Shown here piece by piece: positions 12,941 to 26,435 of a stretch of 56,325 nucleotides of DNA. The position numbers were made by a program, and so were the translations under genes. Location: the NCBI RefSeq assembly GCF_001194135.2, contig NC_068982.1:22972545-23028869 (forward strand), in the 5' to 3' direction. Positions within the stretch are counted from its first letter, which is position 1. Each line of letters begins with the position of its first letter. The notes beneath the pieces were generated by a model. That model was given only the letters and a program-made list of their open reading frames with translations. It was not told the DNA's origin and did not search any database. The DNA is from Octopus bimaculoides (lineage: Eukaryota).

Positions 12941-13210
12941 TGTGGAGGTGCATGGTTTAGTAGTTAGGCTGTTGTACTCACAATCGCTAGACGGTGGGTT
13001 CGATTCCCAGACCGGGTGGCACGCCGTGTTCTTGAGCAAAATATTTTATTTTACGTTGCTCATGTCCCCATTCGGTCAAGGGAAAATGGTGGCCTCCTCA
13101 TCCAGTCAGCGGAGTGGTGTTGTTTGACGGCTGAAACAATGCAAAGCGCATTGTCTCACCAGCAAGGTGTAGCATCATCTGATAGCCCGGTCGGTCACGT
13201 GATCGCATGA
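12941..13210 (+). mobile_element. SINE-E (TGGAGG head, different 3' tail ending gtcacgtgat)
   Basis: tgtggaggtgcatggtttagtag...ggttcgattcccagaccggg...ttcttgagcaaaa; head homologous to SINE-C and SINE-D. Confidence 0.75.
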
Positions 13211-13948
13211 TCGCGCATACATACATACGCATAAGAGATAGAGAGGGAGATTAAGTTAATCATGTATGCAGGCATCATTTTGTCTCACAATAGTATTTTT
13301 AGTGTCATACCGAAAAGCAAACACTAGGTCAAAGTACATGATATTATATCTATGGGAAAAAAGAAAGAACATCGTGTAGATATGCCTTAATCTTTTTTTA
13401 TTCCTTCATCAAATACGGGTTATATAGTGTGAATAATAGTTTTATACGCGTTTTGGCGGGTATAAAGGAAATCGGATATAGCGAAATTGCTCCCCTACAG
13501 TTTGCATTATAATTGACCAAACATTAACAGAGTTTTAGTTAATTAATCATTAGAATTACTCATTTTCACCATAGTCTAGTATTTACGCTAACGTCTCGTT
13601 AAACTTCTGTTTGTTGCCTCTGCATACTGTAACACGTCAATTTTTCTATCGTATTCTATGTAACTTAGAGAAAGCCATAAGCTAAGATTGTCACCCAAGA
13701 CAGAAAGTGACTAATTCATGTACGATGTATCCTTAGGAAACGCGTATGCTAATTAAATTTATATATATAGTACTGAACTCAAACAGAAAACAGAATGATG
13801 TGGTTAAAACTATACGTAGTTGCTACTTATCAATGCAATAAAAATATAAGTGACTTCTAAAAACACACATTAATTCACATCTATATTTACCAAACACCGC
13901 GTAGGTTTTCGTTGATTACACACACACAAACACACACACACACTCACT

Positions 13949-13982
<34 letters not shown>

Positions 13983-14358
13983 TACGTATATGTATAATGT
14001 CTGATTACATATACAGACACAAATACACATATATAATATGCATATACATACGTATATGTATATTTATATATATGTTGTTTATGTGTATATGCATATATAC
14101 ACAGACACATATACACACACATATATATATATAAGTGTGTGCGTCTGTGTATGTGTGGTGCAAGTGTCTATAGGTATGTATGCAAATACAGCTATTTCAT
14201 CCGTGTGTATAAATGTATATATATTCGACCATATATTAGTAAAAAATATTTGCTTTACATGTAGCGTAGACAGTACCCGTAAAAAAATGTTTGCATCAAA
14301 CATTACATACAAAACAAAGGCAGTCTTAACATTTAAGGTAAATACGGATATGTACGTG

Positions 14359-14389
<31 letters not shown>

Positions 14390-15761
14390 ATATATATACA
14401 TATATNNNNNNNNNNNNNNNNNNNNNNNNNNNNNNNNNNNNNNNNNNNNNNNNNNNNNNNNNNNNNNNNNNNNNNNNNNNNNNNNNNNNNNNNNNNNNNN
14501 NNNNNNNNNNNNNNNNNNNNNNNNNNNNNNNNNNNNNNNNNNNNNNNNNNNNNNNNNNNNNNNNNNNNNNNNNNNNNNNNNNNNNNNNNNNNNNNNNNNN
14601 NNNNNNNNNNNNNNNNNNNNNNNNNNNNNNNNNNNNNNNNNNNNNNNNNNNNNNNNNNNNNNNNNNNNNNNNNNNNNNNNNNNNNNNNNNNNNNNNNNNN
14701 NNNNNNNNNNNNNNNNNNNNNNNNNNNNNNNNNNNNNNNNNNNNNNNNNNNNNNNNNNNNNNNNNNNNNNNNNNNNNNNNNNNNNNNNNNNNNNNNNNNN
14801 NNNNNNNNNNNNNNNNNNNNNNNNNNNNNNNNNNNNNNNNNNNNNNNNNNNNNNNNNNNNNNNNNNNNNNNNNNNNNNNNNNNNNNNNNNNNNNNNNNNN
14901 NNNNNNNNNNNNNNNNNNNNNNNNNNNNNNNNNNNNNNNNNNNNNNNNNNNNNNNNNNNNNNNNNNNNNNNNNNNNNNNNNNNNNNNNNNNNNNNNNNNN
15001 NNNNNNNNNNNNNNNNNNNNNNNNNNNNNNNNNNNNNNNNNNNNNNNNNNNNNNNNNNNNNNNNNNNNNNNNNNNNNNNNNNNNAGTGTGTGTGTGTGTG
15101 TATATATATGTAGATTTGTGTGTGCGTATGTATTTATGTATGCATATGTTTATGCACATGTATACGCACACACATATATACTAATAAACATTTATATATA
15201 TGTATATTGATACGTATTTATACATATATATGTATGTGTGTGTGTCTGCGTGTCTGTGTATGTGTTTATGTGTGCGTGTGTGTTAAAACTTTGTAATTCT
15301 TGGGTCAACGATCTAATAGGTGACAGTCTAGAGATGAAAAAGTTTAGCTTCAAACTTCTCAAAAGATTACAATAGAACTACGTTTAATGATGCATATAGC
15401 GAAGAAAATCTGTTTTCAAGGAAAACTAACCCAGAAAGAAAGAGTTTAAAACTCCACGCTGCTCTATGATACACTCATTCCCATGCATACATCGAATCAC
15501 ATAGCAACACACAAAACCCTAGACAGATGCTTTTTGGCCTTCACGCACACAGATATACACACGTACATACGTTTAAGTGTACGTCCATACACTCAAACAT
15601 ATATAAATTAACTGTACACTCACACTCGTAGTTTATTGAACAAACACATAAATATTGTACAAATATCTGTTTATGTATATAAGAGTACACAAACCTTGAC
15701 ACAGAATCGCACAACGACATACTCATACAAGTGAGTATGTATGTGTATTTTGTGTGTGTGT

Positions 15762-15792
<31 letters not shown>

Positions 15793-15879
15793 AGTGCGTC
15801 TGTCTGTGTGAATATATGTATATAATATGCATACTTTTATTTATGTATATACATATGTATATATATCTATATATATCTA

Positions 15880-15928
<49 letters not shown>

Positions 15929-17146
15929 AGATATATATGAGTATATATATCGCTATTTATATATAATATATATATATATATATACTTATATAGATAGAAA
16001 TACACACGCTCTCTCTCCCTCTCGCACACACATACAACTGTCTGAAAATATTATTACTTAAACACTTAAATGCCCACATATGTTTCGGCGTCTGCCTGTG
16101 TGAGTATTTAAATACATGTATACATATATATACATACATGAGTACATACATGTATGCATATATATGTATGCGTATATATATATATATATNNNNNNNNNNN
16201 NNNNNNNNNNNNNNNNNNNNNNNNNNNNNNNNNNNNNNNNNNNNNNNNNNNNNNNNNNNNNNNNNNNNNNNNNNNNNNNNNNNNNNNNNNNNNNNNNNNN
16301 NNNNNNNNNNNNNNNNNNNNNNNNNNNNNNNNNNNNNNNNNNNNNNNNNNNNNNNNNNNNNNNNNNNNNNNNNNNNNNNNNNNNNNNNNNNNNNNNNNNN
16401 NNNNNNNNNNNNNNNNNNNNNNNNNNNNNNNNNNNNNNNNNNNNNNNNNNNNNNNNNNNNNNNNNNNNNNNNNNNNNNNNNNNNNNNNNNNNNNNNNNNN
16501 NNNNNNNNNNNNNNNNNNNNNNNNNNNNNNNNNNNNNNNNNNNNNNNNNNNNNNNNNNNNNNNNNNNNNNNNNNNNNNNNNNNNNNNNNNNNNNNNNNNN
16601 NNNNNNNNNNNNNNNNNNNNNNNNNNNNNNNNNNNNNNNNNNNNNNNNNNNNNNNNNNNNNNNNNNNNNNNNNNNNNNNNNNNNNNNNNNNNNNNNNNNN
16701 NNNNNNNNNNNNNNNNNNNNNNNNNNNNNNNNNNNNNNNNNNNNNNNNNNNNNNNNNNNNNNNNNNNNNNNNNNNNNNNNNNNNNNNNNNNNNNNNNNNN
16801 NNNNNNNNNNNNNNNNNNNNNNNNNNNNNNNNNNNNNNNNNNNNNNNNNNNNNNNNNNNNNNNNNNNNNNNNNNNNNNNNNNNNNNNNNNNNNNNNNNNN
16901 NNNNNNNNNNNNNNNNNNNNNNNNNNNNNNNNNNNNNNNNNNNNNNNNNNNNNNNNNNNNNNNNNNNNNNNNNNNNNNNNNNNNNNNNNNNNNNNNNNNN
17001 NNNNNNNNNNNNNNNNNNNNNNNNNNNNNNNNNNNNNNNNNNNNNNNNNNNNNNNNNNNNNNNNNNNNNNNNNNNNNNNNNNNNNNNNNNNNNNNNNNNN
17101 NNNNNNNNNNNNNNNNNNNNNNNNNNNNNNNNNNNNNNNNNNNNNN

Positions 17147-17179
<33 letters not shown>

Positions 17180-17313
17180 TGTATATTTTAGTAGGTATTT
17201 ACAATCAGGAGTTGCATGTGTGTGTGTATATATATAAGTTATTTATACATACATACACAAAAACACACAGATATATATATATATACACGCCTGTTTCTTT
17301 GTTCGGATACCTT

Positions 17314-17353
<40 letters not shown>

Positions 17354-17711
17354 AGTATCTCTCTATCCTCTTACCATACATGCATACATACATATATGCA
17401 AATATGCTAAGTACATACACAGTCGTACTGATATATATATATATATATCAAATATATATGCACGCACACGTAAATGCATATACACGTGCAAACACACAGA
17501 TAGAAGCGTGCACACATACATACTCATATGCTTTATACATACATACATAATATATTTACACACACACGCACACGCACACACACACGCACACACACACACG
17601 CACGCATTTGTATGGCATAAATGTTGGCACGATAGTATATCTTATTTTCACTAAAGAGCTATCACTATAACTTTCACTCTATATTTAAAAGTCTTGCACT
17701 CGTCTTCTTTC

Positions 17712-17761
<50 letters not shown>

Positions 17762-17845
17762 CTCTGTGTCTGTTTGTTTGACAATGTGCCTGCCTATCTA
17801 TGTATCAATCTTCCTTTAATGTGCAATCTTCCTTTAATGTGTGTC

Positions 17846-17989
17846 TGTTAGCTTGCCTTCCGACCACATGGTTTCGAGTTCAGCGCCATTGCGTCGCACC
17901 TTGGATGTGTGTCTTCCGTATAGTCTCAAACCAATCAAAGCATTATGAGTTAATTTGGTATACGCCGGAAACTGAAAGAATCCTGTCGT
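17846..17989 (+). mobile_element. degenerate SINE-B 5' half
   Basis: ccacatggtttcgagttcagcgcc...caccttgg...ggaaactgaaagaatcctgtcgt, running into a gap. Confidence 0.7.
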
Positions 17990-19153
17990 NNNNNNNNNNN
18001 NNNNNNNNNNNNNNNNNNNNNNNNNNNNNNNNNNNNNNNNNNNNNNNNNNNNNNNNNNNNNNNNNNNNNNNNNNNNNNNNNNNNNNNNNNNNNNNNNNNN
18101 NNNNNNNNNNNNNNNNNNNNNNNNNNNNNNNNNNNNNNNNNNNNNNNNNNNNNNNNNNNNNNNNNNNNNNNNNNNNNNNNNNNNNNNNNNNNNNNNNNNN
18201 NNNNNNNNNNNNNNNNNNNNNNNNNNNNNNNNNNNNNNNNNNNNNNNNNNNNNNNNNNNNNNNNNNNNNNNNNNNNNNNNNNNNNNNNNNNNNNNNNNNN
18301 NNNNNNNNNNNNNNNNNNNNNNNNNNNNNNNNNNNNNNNNNNNNNNNNNNNNNNNNNNNNNNNNNNNNNNNNNNNNNNNNNNNNNNNNNNNNNNNNNNNN
18401 NNNNNNNNNNNNNNNNNNNNNNNNNNNNNNNNNNNNNNNNNNNNNNNNNNNNNNNNNNNNNNNNNNNNNNNNNNNNNNNNNNNNNNNNNNNNNNNNNNNN
18501 NNNNNNNNNNNNNNNNNNNNNNNNNNNNNNNNNNNNNNNNNNNNNNNNNNNNNNNNNNNNNNNNNNNNNNNNNNNNNNNNNNNNNNNNNNNNNNNNNNNN
18601 NNNNNNNNNNNNNNNNNNNNNNNNNNNNNNNNNNNNNNNNNNNNNNNNNNNNNNNNNNNNNNNNNNNNNNNNNNNNNNNNNNNNNNNNNNNNNNNNNNNN
18701 NNNNNNNNNNNNNNNNNNNNNNNNNNNNNNNNNNNNNNNNNNNNNNNNNNNNNNNNNNNNNNNNNNNNNNNNNNNNNNNNNNNNNNNNNNNNNNNNNNNN
18801 NNNNNNNNNNNNNNNNNNNNNNNNNNGACTAATATCCAGAGAATTCACGTGAAAAAAAAAAAACGTCTCAGTTAAATTGTAATATATTCCTATGCCATCA
18901 AGAAATGGAGATTTATTATGCGAAATTATATCTTGGACTTTTCGCATAAATAATATCCGACTTTGCCGAATAGTTTATGTGAATAAGATAGTTGTCTTTT
19001 AATCAAGTAGAATATGAATTATAAAGTGCCAGCCGTTTACGTTAACGCCTGAGTAGGAACTGTTCTAAAATTGACTTAAGTTGCGAAATTTGCTAATTCA
19101 TTATTTACTGTTATCCAAAGAATACAAACATACATACATACATACATGCATAT

Positions 19154-19368
19154 CTTTTCTACTCTAGGCACAAGGCCCGATATGCTTGGGGAGGGGGCCA
19201 GTCGATTAGATCGATCCCAGTACGCACCTGGTACTTAATTTATCGACCCCGAAATTATGAAAGGCAAAGTCGACTTCGGCGGAATTTGAACTCAGAACGT
19301 AAAGACAGACGAAATACCGCTAAGCATTTCGCCCGATGTGCTAACATTCCTGCCGGCTCGCCGCCTTA
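19154..19368 (-). mobile_element. full-length SINE-A
   Basis: Near-consensus reverse complement ending gccggctcgccgcctt. Confidence 0.9.
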
Positions 19369-19417
19369 ATATTAATATTAATGTATATACATATATATAT
19401 ATATACATATACATACA

Positions 19418-19489
<72 letters not shown>

Positions 19490-19706
19490 GGTATTGTAAG
19501 TTTAGAGGGAATACTTGATAATTGTAAGCACCTGTATATGCCAGATAGTGGCAGAGGTGAGAGAATACATCAAACATAATTTAAAAACAGAACACAAAGG
19601 ATATCGCGTTACACGTGTTTCAAGCTTTATAAACAATCTGTTATTACATCAGCATAGGTATATTATTGATATAAAAACGGTGTAAAGCTCTCCTCAGCCG
19701 CAAACA

Positions 19707-19772
19707 TTGTTAGTCCAGGGTAGTCCAAATCTTGTTAGTCCAAGGTAGTCCAAATCTTGTTAGTCCAGGGTA
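19707..19772. repeat. 25-bp minisatellite, about 2.6 units
   Basis: ttgttagtccagggtagtccaaatc / ttgttagtccaaggtagtccaaatc / ttgttagtccagggta. Confidence 0.9.
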
Positions 19773-19919
19773 ATGAATGAGTGGTCTTGTGCCAGTCGTC
19801 TAAAATAATGAAGCAGACAAAAAAACCTGCTCCACTCTATCTAGTTACAAATTCGGCGCGTGTAGAGCATAAAGGAAAGTTTAGATGCCACCAGAAGAAA
19901 TGATACAAATGGTACATCT

Positions 19920-20301
19920 GGTGGCACTCCGTCGGTTACGATGACGAGGGTTCCAGTTGAACCAATCAACGGTGCAGCCGGCTCGTGAAATTAACGTGCA
20001 AGTGGCTGAGCACTCCACAGACACGTGTACCCTTAACGTAGTTCTCGGGGTGATTCGGCGTGACACCGAGTGTGACAAGGCTGGCCCTTTAAAATACAAA
20101 TATATCAGAAACAGGAAGTAAGAGTGAGAGAAAGTTGTAGTGAAAGAATACAGCAGCGTTCGCCCCCTCCTCTACCGGTGCTTCGTGGATCTTTAGGTGT
20201 TTTCGTTCAATAAACACTCACAGCGCCCGGTCTGGGAATCGAAACTGCGATTCTACAATCACGAGCCCGCTGCCCTAACCACTGGGCCATTGCATCTCCA
20301 C
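19920..20301 (-). mobile_element. full-length SINE-C with 9-bp TSD
   Basis: Reverse complement of 33992-34372; GGTACATCT at 19911-19919 and 20302-20310. Confidence 0.92.
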
Positions 20302-20499
20302 GGTACATCTACAGGATATCAAAAGAAAGCATAGAATAAATTTGAACGGTTAGTTAGAAAGTAAATAAAACAGATTCGCGATTCAATAGCGATAAGTTCC
20401 AAGCTATACTGTTGAATTGAAACCACCATTAATAGTTAACTTATCAGTAAATTTAGGAAAGCACGAATCAATGACGGTACGCACACACATGAACACGCA

Positions 20500-20542
<43 letters not shown>

Positions 20543-20944
20543 ACACACACACACAGAGGCACGCACACAGACACAAACACACACAGATACACACACACAC
20601 ACCTCTCACATTCTGAACAGAAACAAAAAACAACTATAGGTACGTTCTCCACACACCACACATGAATACAGTCTCCTCCACCCACACACACAAGCGCAAT
20701 GACACACACAAACTCACGCACTCATACACATTCCAAGTGTGAATATAGCAACAGAAACTTGGTGGCAACCAAACAGAACCCGAATAAAGAGGGTATGTAA
20801 CTGGTGAGCTCATGAAGGGCAAGGAATCGACTCTAAAAATCTAACCGATTTATTAATCGAATGATTAATCAAGCAATCTATTTGTTAAGTATGTAAATGT
20901 TTAATTAATAATATTGATTTCAAATTTTGGCAAAATACTGTTCC

Positions 20945-21088
20945 ACTAGTACATGTGTTATCGAATCAAAAACGAAGAAAGGTAAAGTGGAACTCGGTGG
21001 TATTTGAACACAGAACTTAAAGACAGACGGAAAATTGCCTCAAAGTATTTTGTATAGCGTGCTAATCATTATGCCAGCTCACCACCTA
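20945..21088 (-). mobile_element. degenerate SINE-A
   Basis: gaaaggtaaagtggaactcggtggtatttgaacacagaac...tgccagctccaccacct. Confidence 0.75.
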
Positions 21089-21656
21089 TAGTTAAGTAAT
21101 TATTTTGAAAAGAAGTAAACCAGCGCGTATATTTATTATTGGCAAAATGATCTATCCAATATACAAGATCCTATAACATTTTAAGAGGAATATCATCAAG
21201 AAGTATTTATTCTGTGAACAGTAAAATGCAAAATGTCTTAATGTTGCTTTTTAATTCTCTAAACTTTTCAGTCAGCAAGATTACAATTTCTCCCATTTCT
21301 AACTGTTTTGTTCAAAATAAATCCCCCGTTAAAGTTAATTATCTTTCTAAGGAATTTTGTGCTGGAATGCAACCAGAGAGGATCAGTGTGCTTAGAAATT
21401 TCGCTGCATTAAGAGAATTATTGTAACCTTCGCTTTTATCAACATATTCCTATATTCAAGAAACCTGAAAAAGAAAAATTAATGAGGTTTTCAGAAGCCT
21501 TTCGAAGCAAATACATTCGGTGACATTTTAAACTTCAATGTTGAGTTCTCAACTAAGCTTCTATATGTCTCCGCGCCTGATTTCATTCAAAGCTACGCTA
21601 AAGCCTTTGAATACACGAGAAATTATTCATGTGACACCTGAACAGATTACGCATGG

Positions 21657-21821
21657 TGCAAGCGTGGCTGTATGGTAACAATTTTTTTTTCCAACTACAT
21701 GGTTTCAGTGTTCAGTCCCACAGCGTGGCACGTAGGGCAAGTCTTTTCAGCTAGTGCCACGGGGCGACCAAAGCCTTGTGAGTGGATCTGGTAGACGGGA
21801 ACAGAAAGAAGCCCGTAGTAT

Positions 21822-21853
<32 letters not shown>

Positions 21854-22203
21854 NNNNNNNNNNNNNNNNNNNNNNNNNNNNNNNNNNNNNNNNNNNNNNN
21901 NNNNNNNNNNNNNNNNNNNNNNNNNNNNNNNNNNNNNNNNNNNNNNNNNNNNNNNNNNNNNNNNNNNNNNNNNNNNNNNNNNNNNNNNNNNNNNNNNNNN
22001 NNNNNNNNNNNNNNNNNNNNNNNNNNNNNNNNNNNNNNNNNNNNNNNNNNNNNNNNNNNNNNNNNNNNNNNNNNNNNNNNNNNNNNNNNNNNNNNNNNNN
22101 NNNNNNNNNNNNNNNNNNNNNNNNNNNNNNNNNNNNNNNNNNNNNNNNNNNNNNNNNNNNNNNNNNNNNNNNNNNNNNNNNNNNNNNNNNNNNNNNNNNN
22201 NNN

Positions 22204-22269
<66 letters not shown>

Positions 22270-22480
22270 GTAGATAGATAAGTAGATAGATAGATAGATA
22301 GATATAAATATAGATATAGATATAGATATAGATATGGGTATGTGTGTGTGTATGTGTGTATGAATGTGTATTGTATTTATGTTGCTATATCTCTGTTTGA
22401 CTCCCACCACCGATGCCGTGTGCTATATCCCCGTGACTGACAGAATAAGTACGAGACTTTAATAAGTACGACTGAAACGC
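21657..22480 (+). mobile_element. SINE-B with expanded internal microsatellite spanning a gap
   Basis: Head at 21657-21830, then (TA)n, gap, (TAGA)n/(TATAGA)n, then a degenerate 3' half (accgatgccgtgtg...agaataagtac). Confidence 0.7.
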
Positions 22481-22752
22481 TTTAAAAATTTTAGTAAAAA
22501 TATTTTAGTAAAAATACATAAGTAAATGAGTGGAAATCGTTGAGTGTGTTAAATTAATAAGGCACTAAAGGAGAATGACTCTCCCCAGACACAATAAAAT
22601 ATGTTTCAACACACACATTCACATAAATAATCTAGCAAAAAAATACAAAAACGAAATAAATATATATACATTTAGATAAGCACACATATACACACATACA
22701 CACACACACGAGCAAGCACACACAGACACACATATATGATATATGTTAGACG

Positions 22753-23150
22753 AAGGCGTGGCTATATAGTAATAAGCTTGCTTCCCAACCATCTAGCTCG
22801 GAGTTCAGTCCCAATACGTGGCACCCTGGGAGTCTTCTACTAGAGCGTCAAGCCGACCTAGACTTTGGAAGTGGACTCAGTTGAGGGAAACTGAAAGAAT
22901 CCTGTCGTATATATGTATGCGAGTGTATGTGTGTGTGCGTGTGTTTGTGTGCGTTTGTGTGGGTGTGTGCGTGTGTGAATGCGTCTTTGTATCTGTTTTC
23001 TACCCCATTCCTGCTTAAAAATAAGTGTCGACCTGCTTATGTACCCGTAACTTAGCGGTTCGGCAAAAGAGACCCATAGAAGAAGTATTAAGTTCAAAAA
23101 TAAAGTCCTGGGCTCGAACTGTTCGACTAAAACTCTTGAAAGAGGTGCTA
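22753..23150 (+). mobile_element. SINE-B
   Basis: ggcgtggctatatagtaataagcttgcttcccaacc...gaaactgaaagaatcctgtcgt, (TG)n, then ttagcggttcggcaaaagagacc. Confidence 0.85.
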
Positions 23151-24706
23151 AATGTAAATGTTTGAAATGAGAAAAAGAANNNNNNNNNNNNNNNNNNNNN
23201 NNNNNNNNNNNNNNNNNNNNNNNNNNNNNNNNNNNNNNNNNNNNNNNNNNNNNNNNNNNNNNNNNNNNNNNNNNNNNNNNNNNNNNNNNNNNNNNNNNNN
23301 NNNNNNNNNNNNNNNNNNNNNNNNNNNNNNNNNNNNNNNNNNNNNNNNNNNNNNNNNNNNNNNNNNNNNNNNNNNNNNNNNNNNNNNNNNNNNNNNNNNN
23401 NNNNNNNNNNNNNNNNNNNNNNNNNNNNNNNNNNNNNNNNNNNNNNNNNNNNNNNNNNNNNNNNNNNNNNNNNNNNNNNNNNNNNNNNNNNNNNNNNNNN
23501 NNNNNNNNNNNNNNNNNNNNNNNNNNNNNNNNNNNNNNNNNNNNNNNNNNNNNNNNNNNNNNNNNNNNNNNNNNNNNNNNNNNNNNNNNNNNNNNNNNNN
23601 NNNNNNNNNNNNNNNNNNNNNNNNNNNNNNNNNNNNNNNNNNNNNNNNNNNNNNNNNNNNNNNNNNNNNNNNNNNNNNNNNNNNNNNNNNNNNNNNNNNN
23701 NNNNNNNNNNNNNNNNNNNNNNNNNNNNNNNNNNNNNNNNNNNNNNNNNNNNNNNNNNNNNNNNNNNNNNNNNNNNNNNNNNNNNNNNNNNNNNNNNNNN
23801 NNNNNNNNNNNNNNNNNNNNNNNNNNNNNNNNNNNNNNNNNNNNNNNNNNNNNNNNNNNNNNNNNNNNNNNNNNNNNNNNNNNNNNNNNNNNNNNNNNNN
23901 NNNNNNNNNNNNNNNNNNNNNNNNNNNNNNNNNNNNNNNNNNNNNNNNNNNNNNNNNNNNNNNNNNNNNNNNNNNNNNNNNNNNNNNNNNNNNNNNNNNN
24001 NNNNNNNNNNNNNNNNNNNNNNNNNNNNNNNNNNNNNNNNNNNNNNNNNNNNNNNNNNNNNNNNNNNNNNNNNNNNNNNNNNNNNNNNNNNNNNNNNNAT
24101 ATATATGTATGTATGTATGTATGTATATGTAGGTATGTATGTAGACACATATGTTGAGGTGAAATTATAAGGCGCGAATGCTTTGCGACTGAGGTGTATA
24201 AACCTTGTTGCTTTTAACCAAATTGATTTAAGCTTTTAAATTTCATTTGGAAGCCATGTGCGTTTGATAATAGTGTTCTGACTGAAATACATACACTTTA
24301 ACCGCGTCTTTGTAGTTGTTTTTCTTTTTCTTTTGCTGTTGTAAACTCCTCTATTGTAAAGACTGTTTTAATACACACAAGACTTTATTCCAAAGAATCT
24401 CTCCTGATACATTAATGTAGGTATTTTCGTCTTCTAAGAACGAAATATCTATAAGTAGCTACTTTTCTTCTCTTCGATTCATATAACAAAATCTTCTTTG
24501 GTTGCTTTGCTTTTATCCCACAGTCTATATTCAAAGAAATGTCACACGTTATTAAGACTCCGTAAGGGACTGGATAAATATAAAGGAATGTTGAACCGGT
24601 AGAATGTCTGTTAAACTAAGGTGCGCTATTTAGTTAACTATCTTTATGTTCTGGTGTTCGAATATTTACCCGTCTGATCTTTAACTTTCCCCATCTCGAG
24701 AACGAT

Positions 24707-24911
24707 ACTCTTTTACTTGTTTGTATCATTTGACTGCGGCCATGCTGGAGCATTGCCTTTAGCCGAGCAAATCGACCCCAGGATTTAGTCTTTGTAAGCC
24801 TAGTACTTATTCTATCGGACACTTTTGCTGAATCGCTAGGTTACGAGGACGTAAACATTCCAGCATCTGTTGTCAAGCGAAGTTATTGGTGGTAGTGGAG
24901 GGACAAATACA

Positions 24912-24971
<60 letters not shown>

Positions 24972-25138
24972 CGACAGCCTTCTTTCAGTTTCCGTTTACC
25001 AAATCCACTCACAACGCTTTGGTCGGCCCGAAGCTATAGTAGAAGATAGTTGCCCAAGGTGTGTCACGCAGTGGGACTGAACCCGGAAACATGTCGTTGG
25101 TTAGCAATCTCCTTACCACACAGCCACTCCTGCGCCTA
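24707..25138 (-). mobile_element. full-length SINE-B
   Basis: Reverse complement of 50590-51060; CORE-like gacaccttgggcaa box and internal (CA)n(TA)n tract. Confidence 0.9.
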
Positions 25139-25282
25139 ATATATATAATCACAAAGTGTGAGCAAAGAGATATGCTATGTGGCCAATTCTTTAGACAATT
25201 GCACTATTATCATAAGAAGGTGGGTCCAATCCCTAATTCGGGAGGTACGTTTTGTTCTAGGGCATTATAATTCACGTTGAAT

Positions 25283-25700
25283 GCGGCGAGCTGGCAGAAA
25301 CGTTTGCACGCCGGGTGAAATGCTTAGCGGTATTTCGTCTGCCGTTACGTTCTGAGTTCAAATTCCGCCGAGGTCGACTTTGCCTTTCATCCTTTCGGGA
25401 TCGATAAATTAAGAACCAGTTACACCCTGGGGTCAATGTAATCGACTTAATCCCTTTGTCTGTCCTTGTTTGTCCCCTCTATGTTTAACCCCTTGAGGGC
25501 AATACAGAAATAAGAAACGTTAGAATGCCAGGCGAAATGCTTAGCCGTATTTCGTATGTCTTTACGTTCTGTGTTCAAATTCCGCCGAGGTCGACTTTGC
25601 CTCTCATCCTTTCGGGGTCGATAAAATAAGTACCAGCTAAATACTGGGGTCGATTTGATCGACTGAACCACCCACTCCAGAATTGCTGGTCTTATAGAAA
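25283..25700 (+). mobile_element. dimeric SINE-A (two tandem monomers with a linker)
   Basis: Monomer 1 about 25283-25512 ends with ...ccccttgagggcaatacagaaata; monomer 2 restarts at gaaacgttagaatgcc. Confidence 0.9.
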
Positions 25701-26386
25701 AAAATTAAATCATTACTACTTCCGCCTTCGCTAAAGCAGAGGTATTGTTTTCAGTCGTGTTTGTTTGTTTGCTTGTTTGTCTGTTTGTTTGTCTGAGGAC
25801 AAGACATCTCAAGAACCGCTGGATGGATTCGGATAAAACTTTTAGGGATGTTTGGCCTATTGTCTGGCACGGTCTCGTTAGATTTTGGTATTGATCCGGT
25901 ACCGGACAAGGATTCTAGATTATTTTTCCGATTTTTTTTTTACTTTACATTTATAAGTAAAGTTTCACATAGTTCTCTTGTACACGCACACACATACACG
26001 CATATGCTCACACATTTTCAGCGTTGAACATTACCATCCTATTTCCACTGTACACATACGCGCGCTCGCACGCAAACATACCACTCTATTACACATATAT
26101 TCTCACACTTGAAACGCTGTTTTTCGGCTTTTCCCTCCTCCCTTCATTATTCATCTATCACCCCTTCTTTTCTCATTCATTCGACGTTCTCTTTACTACT
26201 TCGTTTCGTGTCTTTCTAATTGGCATTACTTTCTCTCACTCTTGGCTATTACCCCCACTACTTCTCCTTCAATGTATTAGCATTTCATTTCCGCTCCCTT
26301 CACCTCTCATTCAATATATATATATATATATAAACAAAAAAATAAAGAGAGCAAAGGTAAGGTTGGAGAAGTATTTTATGGATAGA

Positions 26387-26435
26387 GTCTTACAGCTGTT
26401 TCTGGGAAGATCCAGTACTTCCCTTCATCGGAGAC
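26387..26435 (-). ncRNA. minimal hammerhead-like motif (family 3, core CCGAUGA)
   Basis: GUCU-CCGAUGA-A-GGGAAG(UACUGGAU)CUUCCC-A-GAAA-CAGCUG-UA-AGAC; palindromic ACAGCUGU stem III. Confidence 0.6.

Noticed and set aside
13715-13750. GAAACGCGTA resembling a PLE HHR 3' half
   Set aside because: No recognisable CUGANGA core upstream (ACGATGT); at best a very decayed copy.
19707-19772. Short direct repeats as a CRISPR array
   Set aside because: No spacers, and the context is eukaryotic; no CRISPR array in the window.
21200-21490. Minus-strand acceptor (ttttctttttcag at 21465) and plus ORF 21214-21426
   Set aside because: Early stops in all minus frames; the plus ORF is unrecognisable.
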